A stretch of 64,000 bases of DNA from an uncultured Verrucomicrobiae bacterium (GTDB taxonomy: Bacteria > Verrucomicrobiota > Verrucomicrobiia > Opitutales > JABDGR01), in contig CAVXVB010000009.1 of assembly GCA_963765205.1 (NCBI GenBank), positions 1,408,001 to 1,472,000 of the forward strand. Direction: 5' to 3'. The first letter of the stretch is position 1. Every line of letters starts with the position of its first letter. This document shows, in pieces, positions 41,404 through 50,624 of this stretch. The translations under genes and the position numbers were made by a program. The notes beneath the pieces were generated by a model that saw only the letters and a list, made by a program, of their open reading frames with translations, was not told the origin of the DNA and searched no databases.

Positions 41404-42892
41404 GGTTGCGTTGACCTTTTGTCAGTTCTTCAAAGGAAGGTAAGTGCTTGAGGTTCACCGTGATCTCGTCGGTGCCGACAACGATGTTGTCGGTAATGCT
41501 TTCAACAATACGGCGTTTAACTTCTCTCTCCAATTGAGGCCAACGGGTATAGACGTTTGTCGCTTCTTGGAGCACTTCATCGGCAGACAGGTTGTTGACC
41601 TTGTGGTGGGTAATCTCGGCTTCCAGTTTAAGCACCTCGTCCTCTTGTTGCTTTTTCCTTTCGGCAAGGGGTTTGTGGAATTCCCCGAATTGGTCACTGG
41701 TGAGCTTTTCCTCAACATAGAGGCGGTATACCCGGTCGATTTCCTTTTGGGTATTTTGCTTCTCTTGAAGCTTGCCTTGGAGGGTGTCCTCTAGCCTTGA
41801 AAGCGATTCATTTGCATGGGCAAGGGCTTGCTCGACACGCTCGCGGGAGGTGAAGAGTCCTTTGAGTTCGCCTACATAGACCGACTCAAGATCGTCAGCC
41901 GGGATTTTGTTCCGGCATTTTTGGCAGGTGTATTTGACGGTGTCCCCAGGAATATACATCTTCTGGCCGCAGGCGCAGAACACTAGACCCCCAAAGATTT
42001 GCACAGCCTTTCTTGTCGGACGTTTCCGCTTGCCTTCCCCATACCCCAAGAGGTCGTTGCACTGTTGCCAAAGTTCAGGGGAAATAATCGGCTCCACATC
42101 GGCATATTCCCATTCACTTTCGGGCTTGAAGTCCCACCCCATTTTGACGCCACGCGACTTTGAATAATTGAGCCGATGCTTGCCCTTTGCCGTCGGGTCA
42201 GCAAGGAGTCGGCCTACGGTGGTATCGGAAAACTTTGAGCCGTTGCGAGTGCGAAACCCGGCAGTGTTCAAAAGTTTCGCTACCGTCAACTTTCGCTTGT
42301 GTTCAAGAAAAAGCTCATACATGCGCTTACGCACGCGGGCTTCATCAGGATGTAAGACGAGTTTTTTATTTTTAAGCTCGTAGCCAAAGGGCGCTTGCCC
42401 GCCGAGGTGCTTGCCCATCTTGGCGCGGACAACGACGGAGACGGCAACACGATCAGCGATTTCCTCTCTCTCCCACGTCGCCGTCGCCGCGATCATGGTA
42501 TAGAAAAGGCGACCGGATGGAGTTGAGGTATCAATGGATTCTTGAAGTGAAATGAGGTCAGCGTTGGCATCGCGGAAGTAGTCCGCGAAGTTGAGCAGTT
42601 GCCGGGTATCGCGGGCAAGCCGGGCGAGCTTGGAGAAAATGAGGCCGGTAATATGCCCCCGCTTAACGTCGGCAAGCATCCGCTTTGTTTCCGGGTGGTC
42701 AGTGACAGAAGCACCGCTCACACCTTCCAAGTGATAGACCTCTTTTATATTCCAGCCCTTGGCCTCAGCGTAATAGCGGGCACGCTGTTCATGGTGTTCT
42801 GGGCTTTCGCCCTTGGCTTGATCATCGGTTGAAACCCGAATCCAAACCCCTACCGCTTTCGTGCCGTTTCCTTCATGGATGATTTTTTTCAT
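41375..42892 (-). CDS. Large serine recombinase (integrase)
   Basis: WIRVSTDDQ catalytic Ser, SKLARLARD, recombinase domain APFGY, zinc ribbon CACG...CQKC, coiled coil. Confidence 0.95.
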   Translation of the reverse strand: MKKIIHEGNGTKAVGVWIRVSTDDQAKGESPEHHEQRARYYAEAKGWNIKEVYHLEGVSGASVTDHPETKRMLADVKRGHITGLIFSKLARLARDTRQLLNFADYFRDANADLISLQESIDTSTPSGRLFYTMIAATATWEREEIADRVAVSVVVRAKMGKHLGGQAPFGYELKNKKLVLHPDEARVRKRMYELFLEHKRKLTVAKLLNTAGFRTRNGSKFSDTTVGRLLADPTAKGKHRLNYSKSRGVKMGWDFKPESEWEYADVEPIISPELWQQCNDLLGYGEGKRKRPTRKAVQIFGGLVFCACGQKMYIPGDTVKYTCQKCRNKIPADDLESVYVGELKGLFTSRERVEQALAHANESLSRLEDTLQGKLQEKQNTQKEIDRVYRLYVEEKLTSDQFGEFHKPLAERKKQQEDEVLKLEAEITHHKVNNLSADEVLQEATNVYTRWPQLEREVKRRIVESITDNIVVGTDEITVNLKHLPSFEELTKGQRNLRGSSPRRA

Positions 42893-43134
42893 TCCCTGAA
42901 AAAAGGGTTTTTTACCCCGGCAGTCAACACATCATTTCATTATGTTGCGTTGCTAACTTTAGAACACTGCTTGCCTTTTCCTGCGACGAGCTTTGTGTGC
43001 CCATTCTCGGAAAAGGCCCCAGACGGGTCAAGCTATGTAGCCAATCACTACGCCTGGCATAATTGATTGTGCTTGCAAGCTCACCCGCCGCTCACTTGAA
43101 GTAATCCTATTGGCGGGTTAAAATTAAACGAAAT

Positions 43135-44058
43135 ATGAAAAGTTTCTACCGCGTCATGTTGGGGCAACAAAGTGTTCATGCCGCAGAGTGTTTCGCCGGC
43201 AACTTCATTGGAACCGATTTCGGCATCATCCAAGATCTCTCTCCCAAGCTGCCAGAGGACTGGCGGGCGTTTAACAAGGAGTTCATTCCTATTTACCTGT
43301 CCTCGCATCCCGATAAAACTAGGATCGGTGCGGGACTGGCCTGCGGCGCTTTGTGGACGGTTTCCAAAGGGATTCAGAAAGGCGACATTGTTCTGTGTCC
43401 CGACGGGTCGGGCAAGTATCGAGTAGGTGAAGTTACAGGTGATTACTACTTTGAACCGGGCAAGATTTTATTCCATCGGCGGCCTGTTACTTGGCTAAAT
43501 ATGACCATAGACAGGGCCAGCATGAGCGAAGCATTGCAAAACTCTACTGGGGCAATCGGCACGGTCAGCAACATCACAAAATATCGCGATGAAATTGAGA
43601 AGTTAATCGGAGGCGTTTCTGCCCCAAAACTCATTTCCACAGATGCAACCATTGAAGACCCATCCGCCTTTGCTTTGGAGGAACATTTGGAGGATTTTTT
43701 GGTAAAAAACTGGCCACATACCGAACTAGGTAAAGATTATGACATTTACGAAGAGGACGGCGAAAAAGCCCAACAATACAAAACCGATACCGGCCCCCTA
43801 GATATTCTGGCCATCAGCAAAGACAAAAAACGCCTGCTCGTAGTGGAGTTGAAGAAAGGCCGGGCAAGCGATACCGTAGTTGGTCAGACACTCCGATACA
43901 TGAGTTATGTTCAAGAAGAACTGGCCGAAGAGGGCCAGACAGTTATGGGTATAATCATTGCCTATGAGGATGACAAAAAAATCCGACGCGCCCTAACAAT
44001 GACGCCCAATATTGTCTATTATCGCTACCAAGTCAGTTTCAAATTAACAAAGGGCTGA
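43135..44058 (+). CDS. NucS/DUF91-like PD-(D/E)xK endonuclease with an N-terminal PUA/EVE-like domain
   Basis: GDIVLCP...VGEVTGDYYF...HRRPVTW N-domain; ALEEHLEDFL...LDILA...VVELK...VGQTLRYM nuclease domain. Confidence 0.8.
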   Translation: MKSFYRVMLGQQSVHAAECFAGNFIGTDFGIIQDLSPKLPEDWRAFNKEFIPIYLSSHPDKTRIGAGLACGALWTVSKGIQKGDIVLCPDGSGKYRVGEVTGDYYFEPGKILFHRRPVTWLNMTIDRASMSEALQNSTGAIGTVSNITKYRDEIEKLIGGVSAPKLISTDATIEDPSAFALEEHLEDFLVKNWPHTELGKDYDIYEEDGEKAQQYKTDTGPLDILAISKDKKRLLVVELKKGRASDTVVGQTLRYMSYVQEELAEEGQTVMGIIIAYEDDKKIRRALTMTPNIVYYRYQVSFKLTKG

Positions 44059-44159
44059 ATTGAATGGCATCGGCAAAAGTAAACACTCGGTAGCCCGGCA
44101 ACCCTAAAAAAAATTGTGATTGCATCTAAAACATCAAGTTCCATAGCGTTTAGCTTGTT

Positions 44160-44348
44160 ATGCCAAAGAAAACAAAAAAAGCTGACGCCACAGGTCGAGA
44201 CGACGAAATGTCGCAGATTTCCATCTCGTTGCCTAAATACCTTATTGACCAAATTGACACCATGGCAAATGCCGAGAATCGAAATCGTTCCAACTTTATA
44301 TCGAACGAAATGAGAAAGCTTGTGGCAAGTTCCACCTATTTTTTTTGA
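44160..44348 (+). CDS. Ribbon-helix-helix (CopG-like) regulator
   Basis: QISISLPKYLIDQIDTMANAENRNRSNFI RHH pattern. Confidence 0.75.
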   Translation: MPKKTKKADATGRDDEMSQISISLPKYLIDQIDTMANAENRNRSNFISNEMRKLVASSTYFF

Positions 44349-47300
44349 GCTTTGCTCTGGGCTGATTTTACAATGGCTTGAGCGATTGTCCGCTCCGCTT
44401 CTTCGCGCTCGGAAACGCTCAGTGCCCGATAGTTTACCTTCACTTTGTAACCCTTGGAAGACCGCTCTCCGCTCGCTTCCTTTGCTTCGATTTCTTGCAC
44501 AAAGGTAAAGAGTTCTTCCGGGGTGCAGAAACGGGTCCGGTCTTGTTCCTCACGCGAAAGCCCCTTTGAAACGGCACGCTTCATTTTCTCGACTCGTTCC
44601 GTTTCAGAGCAGATGAGAAATACATATTGAAACCCGGCGCTGACGCATTTCTTGACGTTGCCGATTTCTTGATCGGCTGGCGTCGTTATTGAAATCTCAC
44701 ACGCAATTGTCCGCGCACCTTTTTCTAAAGCGACATCAATGCTCCCCGAACCATTAAGCACCTGTTTTTCGATTGTTGCACGGTATCCCATCCCCTCGGC
44801 CCATTGCTTGATAAGCGACTGAATTTGTTTGTGCACTTGGCCACCCCGCCCAGGTGATGCCGGTTCCTGTTTTACGACGGGTGGTTCAACCACAGGCGCA
44901 GGCGCAACTTTTGTTTCAATTTCAGGCGACGCAAGCGGTGTAAAAACTGGTTTTGGCGGAGGCGGAATAGGTTTTACCGGAGCAACGGGAGGCGGAGGCG
45001 CCTTCTCCGTATGAACTTTTTGCCCATCATTCAGCATGGCCTCAATTTGTGCTCGTGGCGTGGCATACTTTGCCCGTGAAGCCGCGATCACTTCCCGCCG
45101 CCGTGTTGCTGCTTCCGTGTCAATCGGATAGACCGCATTCGGAACCGAGAGGTTGAAATCAAAATCGCTTCGTTCGACTCGACAGATAGCAGAACCTGTC
45201 CCGAGGTTTTGCAGATCGCGTGCCTCAAAAGAGGTGAAGCCGTTTTCCAAAGCCCGTGCATCTTGATCGCCAACGCGGAAGCATACACGGGTATAACTAT
45301 TGGAAACGACGGCGCTGGCGACCTCACGATCACGCTCTAACTGCCTCAAATCCTGATGCGCGAGAACAAGGCCCAGCCGGTATTTTCTCGCGCCGGAAAG
45401 AATTTCCGCCATTGAGGGCGTGATAAAATTATGGAATTCGTCAATATAGAGGTAGAAGTCGCGCCGTTGCGCTTCTTCTTGCGCCTGGCGACTCATTGCC
45501 AGTTGTTGTAGTTTGGAGACCAGAAGCGTGCCGAGGAGATACGAGTTTTCCTTGCCAATGGCTCCTTGAGAAAGCTTTGCCAAAAATATTTTCCCGCCAT
45601 CAAGTATTTGAGCGAAATCCAGTTTGTTTTCTGTTTGCGACACCATGTAGCGGATAGATTTTGGCGTGAGAAAAGTTTCCAGCCGGGTAAGAACCGGGCC
45701 GATTGATTTGTTTCCCGACAAAACCGGGAACCCCTTGCGCCAGTAATACACGACCCCAGGGTCACGGACAGTTGCGAGGAATGATTCACGAAATGCCGGT
45801 TCCAAAAGAAAACGCCGAAGGTCAGAAAGCGAACCGCCCTTATCGCTTTCAAGAAATGCGAGTATGGCATTACTCAATACCGACCCCATTTGATCCCCCC
45901 ATGACTTTGAGAGCCGTTCAAAAACCGAGACCAAGTCCGAAGCCAACAGCGTCTTTTCCAATTCAGAGTGCGCGTGGAGGATATTGAACCCGACCGGAAA
46001 CTCTAAGTCCGAAGGATCGAGCAACACCACATCGTCAATCCTTTCCGGCGGAATAATGCCAAGAATGCGGTCAACCAAGTCACCGTGCGGATCAAGCAGC
46101 GCGACTCCCCTTCCACTTTCAATGTCCTGACGTATGCAGTTGAAAAATAGCGTGCTTTTTCCGGTGCCACTTGCGCCTATGATATGCACATGGCGCATCC
46201 TTTGTTCAGGAGTGAGAACAACCTTCTTTTCAACTTCCAAGTGAACGTTGCTCCCGAGGACAAGACCTTGATCGTGAAGCACCACAGGGGGGGCCGCTTT
46301 GCTCTTTGATGTCTGTCCGCGAAGCTTTGTTGAATGCACATCGGCTGACGGCAAATGCACGAGGCTGATAAGCTCATCGGAATTGAGGAGCATTCCCGAA
46401 CGGTGCGACTCCCGACGCAGCATATCTCCCTCATGGTCGAGTGAAACGTAACCATCATTTTTTAACGGGATAATATGGTTTCCTTCTGGATTTTCAAACA
46501 CCCCCAAGGCCCCAATTATGTTCCGGGCGATGTCAGTCACCCTATCTGGCCTTGAGCTTTTTGCCGCTACTCGCAAAACAGCCGCGTAGAGCAGGCGCGA
46601 TATTTTCTGTTTGGCCCCGGAAAAGAGCGCAGGCGCATTCACAAAAAATGCGTCACCGGCCCCATCAGTCACCGATTGAAAAATGCTCTCTGACCACGGA
46701 TGACGCACTGGCCCAAAGATCACTTGAAATACCCCCACTTCGCTTTCCCCCAATTCACCGAGCGCCCCAACCAACGGAACAAGCGGGTCCACCTTCCCAA
46801 GTGCAAGCGGAAGCATGAATTCCTTTGCCAGTCCGCACTCGACAATAACCGCTTGAGCTTTGCCAGGCTTTGCCCACGTCTCGCGCAAATGGTTTTCCTT
46901 GGGTAAAGTGGCAACGTCAGGAAAGAACGTCGCAAGTTGTTCGCGCACCAGGGCCACATCAGCCGGATGGACAACCAACTGTGCTGTTATGCGATTGGCA
47001 TTCCCCACCAATTCAAATGTCACCGGCTCGCGGCAGGCCGAAACACTTGCCAGAAAATATGAGTAGGCTTCCCGGCTAAACGCCTGGGTTGCAGGCACGA
47101 ATGTTTGCAGTTCGATCAATCCACCACGCGAAAGGAAGCGCGGCTCCGATTCATCCTCATTATTTTCTTCGATTGACGCGGGCTGTTTCTCGCCAGTAAG
47201 CCGGTCACTTATCCCGCGCAAAAAGGAACCCAACGCCGACGGCTTTCGACTGTCATCAATAATTTGCGGGGCACCGGCATAATGTCCGGTGAAAGGACGA

Positions 47301-47404
47301 AAGGCCGGTTCAGGAAAGACCGGCTCACTCCACAACTGCCAGCCCCGCCCGCGCAGTTCCCAGCGCAGGAATTGCTCGGTAAGCTTTTCTTCGATAGACG
47401 ACAT
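44336..47404 (-). CDS. Large VirD4/TrwB/HerA-like ATPase with a C-terminal PD-(D/E)xK-like domain
   Basis: HVHIIGASGTGKS, LLDPHGDL, YLYIDEFHNF, SGARKYRLGLVLAHQ; Pro-rich linker, then H...E...IDVALE...ACEIS. Confidence 0.85.
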   Translation of the reverse strand: MSSIEEKLTEQFLRWELRGRGWQLWSEPVFPEPAFRPFTGHYAGAPQIIDDSRKPSALGSFLRGISDRLTGEKQPASIEENNEDESEPRFLSRGGLIELQTFVPATQAFSREAYSYFLASVSACREPVTFELVGNANRITAQLVVHPADVALVREQLATFFPDVATLPKENHLRETWAKPGKAQAVIVECGLAKEFMLPLALGKVDPLVPLVGALGELGESEVGVFQVIFGPVRHPWSESIFQSVTDGAGDAFFVNAPALFSGAKQKISRLLYAAVLRVAAKSSRPDRVTDIARNIIGALGVFENPEGNHIIPLKNDGYVSLDHEGDMLRRESHRSGMLLNSDELISLVHLPSADVHSTKLRGQTSKSKAAPPVVLHDQGLVLGSNVHLEVEKKVVLTPEQRMRHVHIIGASGTGKSTLFFNCIRQDIESGRGVALLDPHGDLVDRILGIIPPERIDDVVLLDPSDLEFPVGFNILHAHSELEKTLLASDLVSVFERLSKSWGDQMGSVLSNAILAFLESDKGGSLSDLRRFLLEPAFRESFLATVRDPGVVYYWRKGFPVLSGNKSIGPVLTRLETFLTPKSIRYMVSQTENKLDFAQILDGGKIFLAKLSQGAIGKENSYLLGTLLVSKLQQLAMSRQAQEEAQRRDFYLYIDEFHNFITPSMAEILSGARKYRLGLVLAHQDLRQLERDREVASAVVSNSYTRVCFRVGDQDARALENGFTSFEARDLQNLGTGSAICRVERSDFDFNLSVPNAVYPIDTEAATRRREVIAASRAKYATPRAQIEAMLNDGQKVHTEKAPPPPVAPVKPIPPPPKPVFTPLASPEIETKVAPAPVVEPPVVKQEPASPGRGGQVHKQIQSLIKQWAEGMGYRATIEKQVLNGSGSIDVALEKGARTIACEISITTPADQEIGNVKKCVSAGFQYVFLICSETERVEKMKRAVSKGLSREEQDRTRFCTPEELFTFVQEIEAKEASGERSSKGYKVKVNYRALSVSEREEAERTIAQAIVKSAQSKAQKK

Positions 47405-47484
47405 GCGTGCAAGGTAGGCCACACCGGCAAAAAAGGCGCACTTTATCCACGGCTGGATTACGCCTAAATTGTCAGCAGCTACTT

Positions 47485-48174
47485 TTAAGGTTTGTCTTTG
47501 CCGTCAGCAGTTACGCCGCCATACCTGAACTGCCCGAATGCTGCCAGTGCCAGAAAAATAACCGCAAGCCAAAATCCTTCCTTTAAGTCCATTGTGATCA
47601 TTCCGCCAGCTTGTTGAGCCATCTCGTTCTCCATTGCGCTTTTGGTAACGAACAATGCCACGACCCCACCAATGCCGAACCCTCCACTGACTAAGCTCGT
47701 CGAGCGCCTGCGATTCAGTGCAAGCAGTAAACCGGCCGTCGTCAGACCGAATGCTACAATCGCCGCCGGGTAATGATATGGCGCAATGTTTAGAGCTTTA
47801 TCGCCCAAAATCAATTGCTGCCCCGTAAGGCTAATGCTCCCAAATGAAGAAAATTCAAAGAAAGGCAGCGTAAAGCTTAGCCCCGCAAGAATAAAGAATA
47901 CCCAAAACAGCCCTCCAATCTTTTGCATATCCGCCCCCGAAAGTTTTTCTTTGCCAAGTGACGCGTCAACAACCGGCACGCTTGATGTAGGGGCTGATGT
48001 TCCGGCAATTGCAACGACAGTTTTGCACGTCACCCACTCGACTGTGTTATCCAAACGCACCGGCGTTTCGTCAGTCAAAATGCCCGCTTGACGCAGTTGT
48101 GCAATGGCGGACATCGGGAGTGGGCCGATCTCGCGATTTTCGGCGTCCCGATAAAAATAGTTTGGGGTGCTCAT
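47485..48174 (-). CDS. GYF_2 (DUF4339)-like domain membrane protein
   Basis: YFYRDAENREIGPLPMSAIAQLRQAGILTDETPV...W N-domain plus 4 TM helices. Confidence 0.7.
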   Translation of the reverse strand: MSTPNYFYRDAENREIGPLPMSAIAQLRQAGILTDETPVRLDNTVEWVTCKTVVAIAGTSAPTSSVPVVDASLGKEKLSGADMQKIGGLFWVFFILAGLSFTLPFFEFSSFGSISLTGQQLILGDKALNIAPYHYPAAIVAFGLTTAGLLLALNRRRSTSLVSGGFGIGGVVALFVTKSAMENEMAQQAGGMITMDLKEGFWLAVIFLALAAFGQFRYGGVTADGKDKP

Positions 48175-48207
48175 AGTTTTGGGGTATTTGCATTGCGTTT
48201 TTCGACA

Positions 48208-48975
48208 TCAGATAGGCGGAGGCACCGCCTTTAATGCGACGCTGCCGGTTTTATAGAGTTCTCCAAAAATTGGACTGTATTCTTGCGTTTTGAGGAGCTT
48301 AATTCCCTTTGCAGATGTTACGTCCTCGATTTTCTTTTTCACCACATCAGCGACTACGCTTTGATACATAATTCGCGTGTCTTGGCGATAATAGGTGTCT
48401 TTCCGAAAATATTTTCCATACAAGGCACCGATCACCGGTGAGTTGAGCAACGTGGCGTCCAAATCGCGTAGGCCAACACCAACCGCATTGCGTAAGAGCA
48501 CCACCGCAACGACGAGCGCCAGCAGAAGTAACACCGGTCCGGCATAGTATCCGAACCATTGTTGACTGAATCTAAAAGCAATTCCGACGCCGAAAAGCAC
48601 GATAAGATACTGCCAAAATGGCACAAAAGCTGGCGTTTCTACAAATCGGTAGGAGAAAAAATAGTTGGTTCCGAACGGAGCCGCGCACACGTCAAAGATC
48701 AAGCGTTCGCGCTTCATCCGCAGATATTCCCGCTTGTCAGACAAAAGCCCACCTTCCGACAGATCAACGCGGGTGATTTCAAGTCCAGGGACTTGCTGTG
48801 CTTTAAGAATATTTTCAACTTCCGCGTAGAAATCTTTGGAGGAAAGCTGGCAGTCAGGAATAAGCGTGCACCAGTGATCAATGACTTCCGGCCCAATGAG
48901 TTTTGCCGCCCTCTCCCAGCCGCTTTCAACGCTCTGCGTAAGAAATCCGGGAAGGATGTTTTGGAGAAAGCCCAT
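48208..48975 (-). CDS. Hypothetical membrane protein upstream of the large ATPase
   Basis: Soluble N-domain (HWCTLI...EGGLLSDKREYLR...CAAPFG), 2 TM, TYYRQDT tail. Confidence 0.7.
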   Translation of the reverse strand: MGFLQNILPGFLTQSVESGWERAAKLIGPEVIDHWCTLIPDCQLSSKDFYAEVENILKAQQVPGLEITRVDLSEGGLLSDKREYLRMKRERLIFDVCAAPFGTNYFFSYRFVETPAFVPFWQYLIVLFGVGIAFRFSQQWFGYYAGPVLLLLALVVAVVLLRNAVGVGLRDLDATLLNSPVIGALYGKYFRKDTYYRQDTRIMYQSVVADVVKKKIEDVTSAKGIKLLKTQEYSPIFGELYKTGSVALKAVPPPI

Positions 48976-49066
48976 GGGGTTAAGGGTGTTATGTAATTTC
49001 TTGGCAATCAAGGGTCTTTTCCCCTTCTCTGTCAACACTGATTGATACGGCCATTAAAAGCGTTCC

Positions 49067-49221
49067 TGTGGACAACCCTTAACGTTGTCCACACTTTCCC
49101 CTATCCATCGCCTATAAGGCGGACATTAAGATTTTGTTATATTAGATTAAGATTAAGATGCGATGGCCTACCTATACCCTATCCGTAGGGTATGGATTCT
49201 CCATCCATCAGTTTATCCACA
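49067..49221. promoter_or_regulatory. Origin-like region: DnaA-box-like 9-mers, palindrome and AT-rich repeats
   Basis: TGTGGACAA (49067) and TTGTCCACA (49085) inverted; perfect TTATCCACA (49213); ataccctatccgtagggtat (49174-49193); ttagattaagattaagat. Confidence 0.5.
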
Positions 49222-49261
49222 CCCCCTCCCTTTGACACGATTTGCGGAAAGTGTATATTTA

Positions 49262-49317
49262 ATTCACTCATGGCTTCGGCCTCCGAGATTCCCCTCCGCA
49301 AGGAGGGGTTTCGTTTT
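49262..49317 (+). ncRNA. Candidate small structured RNA convergent on the MazF-like toxin
   Basis: TTGACA (49232)-N16-TATATT promoter-like site, then ggcTTCGgcc and cccctccGCAAggagggg hairpins with a T-rich tail. Confidence 0.5.
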
Positions 49318-49699
49318 ATAGGAGTCGAATCAATTGATTTCGCAATCTTGCAAAATCGTCCTCAGACATAACGCCCACTTTTCTTCCGAGACGTTTTGGA
49401 GAAAGAATTCTCATTTGTGAAAGGATGGCTTCGTTATCCTTGTCGGCATGTTTGAAGCGGAAGTAGGATTTGCCAGTGTGACTCTTTGACGTAATCGGAA
49501 TTCCCCAAAACATATTTTCGTTGAAGGCTTTGAATATCAGCACTGGCCGAGCAAAGTTTTCATTTTTACCGTCCTCTTCCGAGCCTACATTTGCTCCGAT
49601 TGAACAAATCCAAATCTCGCGCGGATGCCAAAATACCTTCTGCTTATTATCGTTGAGTTTGATCTTGAGAGCGTTCCAATTCGGAAAATCTTTTTGCAT
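49316..49699 (-). CDS. PemK/MazF-family toxin-like protein (orphan)
   Basis: REIWICSIGANVGSEEDGK...RPVLI...GIPITS...ILSQMRILSPKRL. Confidence 0.85.
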   Translation of the reverse strand: MQKDFPNWNALKIKLNDNKQKVFWHPREIWICSIGANVGSEEDGKNENFARPVLIFKAFNENMFWGIPITSKSHTGKSYFRFKHADKDNEAILSQMRILSPKRLGRKVGVMSEDDFARLRNQLIRLL

Positions 49700-49711
49700 C
49701 GGATTATTTTA

Positions 49712-50204
49712 TCACCGTCCTTTAATCGAATCCAATGTCGGCAGTATTTCACGGATACTCCGCAGCCCATTTGACCGGGGCGAATCCTGCATTCGTTTTT
49801 CCCCCGATGCTGACATCCCTGTGCCCATGTCATAAAGCAACTCAGGTTCTACGGAAAGTTTTGCCACTATCGCGCGCGGAGCTTTTTTGAGTTCCGAGGC
49901 AATCCCTTGTCTTACTTTTGGATTTTGAATAGCCTGGTATTTGATGAAGTTGACGACGGCAACCCATCCGTCAGCGTAGATAACCTTTCCGTCTGCTATA
50001 AACTTGTCTATTATTTCTTGAATTTCCCCTTCTGGTATCCCAACGTCAAAAGCTACCCGCCGTAGGGGTAGCTCGTAGACGCCGGAAATATTCGTGAGAG
50101 GGTTCGTTAAGAAATACAGGAAGACAAGCTTTGTTGTTGGAGAGAGTCGTACTGATGTACGAGTCATCCCAAAATTTCGTATTTACGATTCTTTGCTTTG
50201 CCAC
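49712..50204 (-). pseudogene. Phage/plasmid-type replication-initiator N-terminal domain protein with a 1-bp frameshift
   Basis: VAKQRIVNTKFWDDSYI (one frame) + extra A + VRLSPTTKLVFLYFLTNPLTNISGVYELP (next frame); span 493 bp = 3n+1. Confidence 0.7.
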
Positions 50205-50289
50205 TGTTTTTCGATTAACTAATAATCTGTGCGCGGTCGGTAAACGCCCAGCGAAGCCAGGCCGACCCGCCGGGGTCACGGCGCACTTG

Positions 50290-50472
50290 TTAGAACGGAA
50301 TAATCTTTTCTCTCGATTGAGAGTCAATGATTATTCCGTCACCTTCTGATATAATGCCTTCGCGAAGAAGGAGTTTTTGCACCCTTCGCAATGCCCGAAG
50401 TTGTTTTCGCAACATCAGGCAACGGTTTTCTCTTTTTATAGGCACATACCGAAATCTCACTCGTTCCGACAT
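50290..50472 (-). CDS. Small basic hypothetical protein
   Basis: 60-aa ORF co-oriented between the recombinase and the Rep-like gene. Confidence 0.4.
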   Translation of the reverse strand: MSERVRFRYVPIKRENRCLMLRKQLRALRRVQKLLLREGIISEGDGIIIDSQSREKIIPF

Positions 50473-50494
50473 AGATCATTTGATTTTAACGAAT

Positions 50495-50528
50495 AAAAAA
50501 ACGACCAGATTTCTCTGGTTCGTTTTTT
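50495..50528. terminator. Probable bidirectional terminator
   Basis: aaaaaaacgaccaga-tttc-tctggttcgtttttt. Confidence 0.55.
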
Positions 50529-50624
50529 GACTTCGTGAAAGCCATATTGTGCGACACCAGAGATAGACCAATAATAAAGGAACCGAGATTGTTGTGCAAC
50601 CCTCTCCCCTGTGGAAAACTCCGC

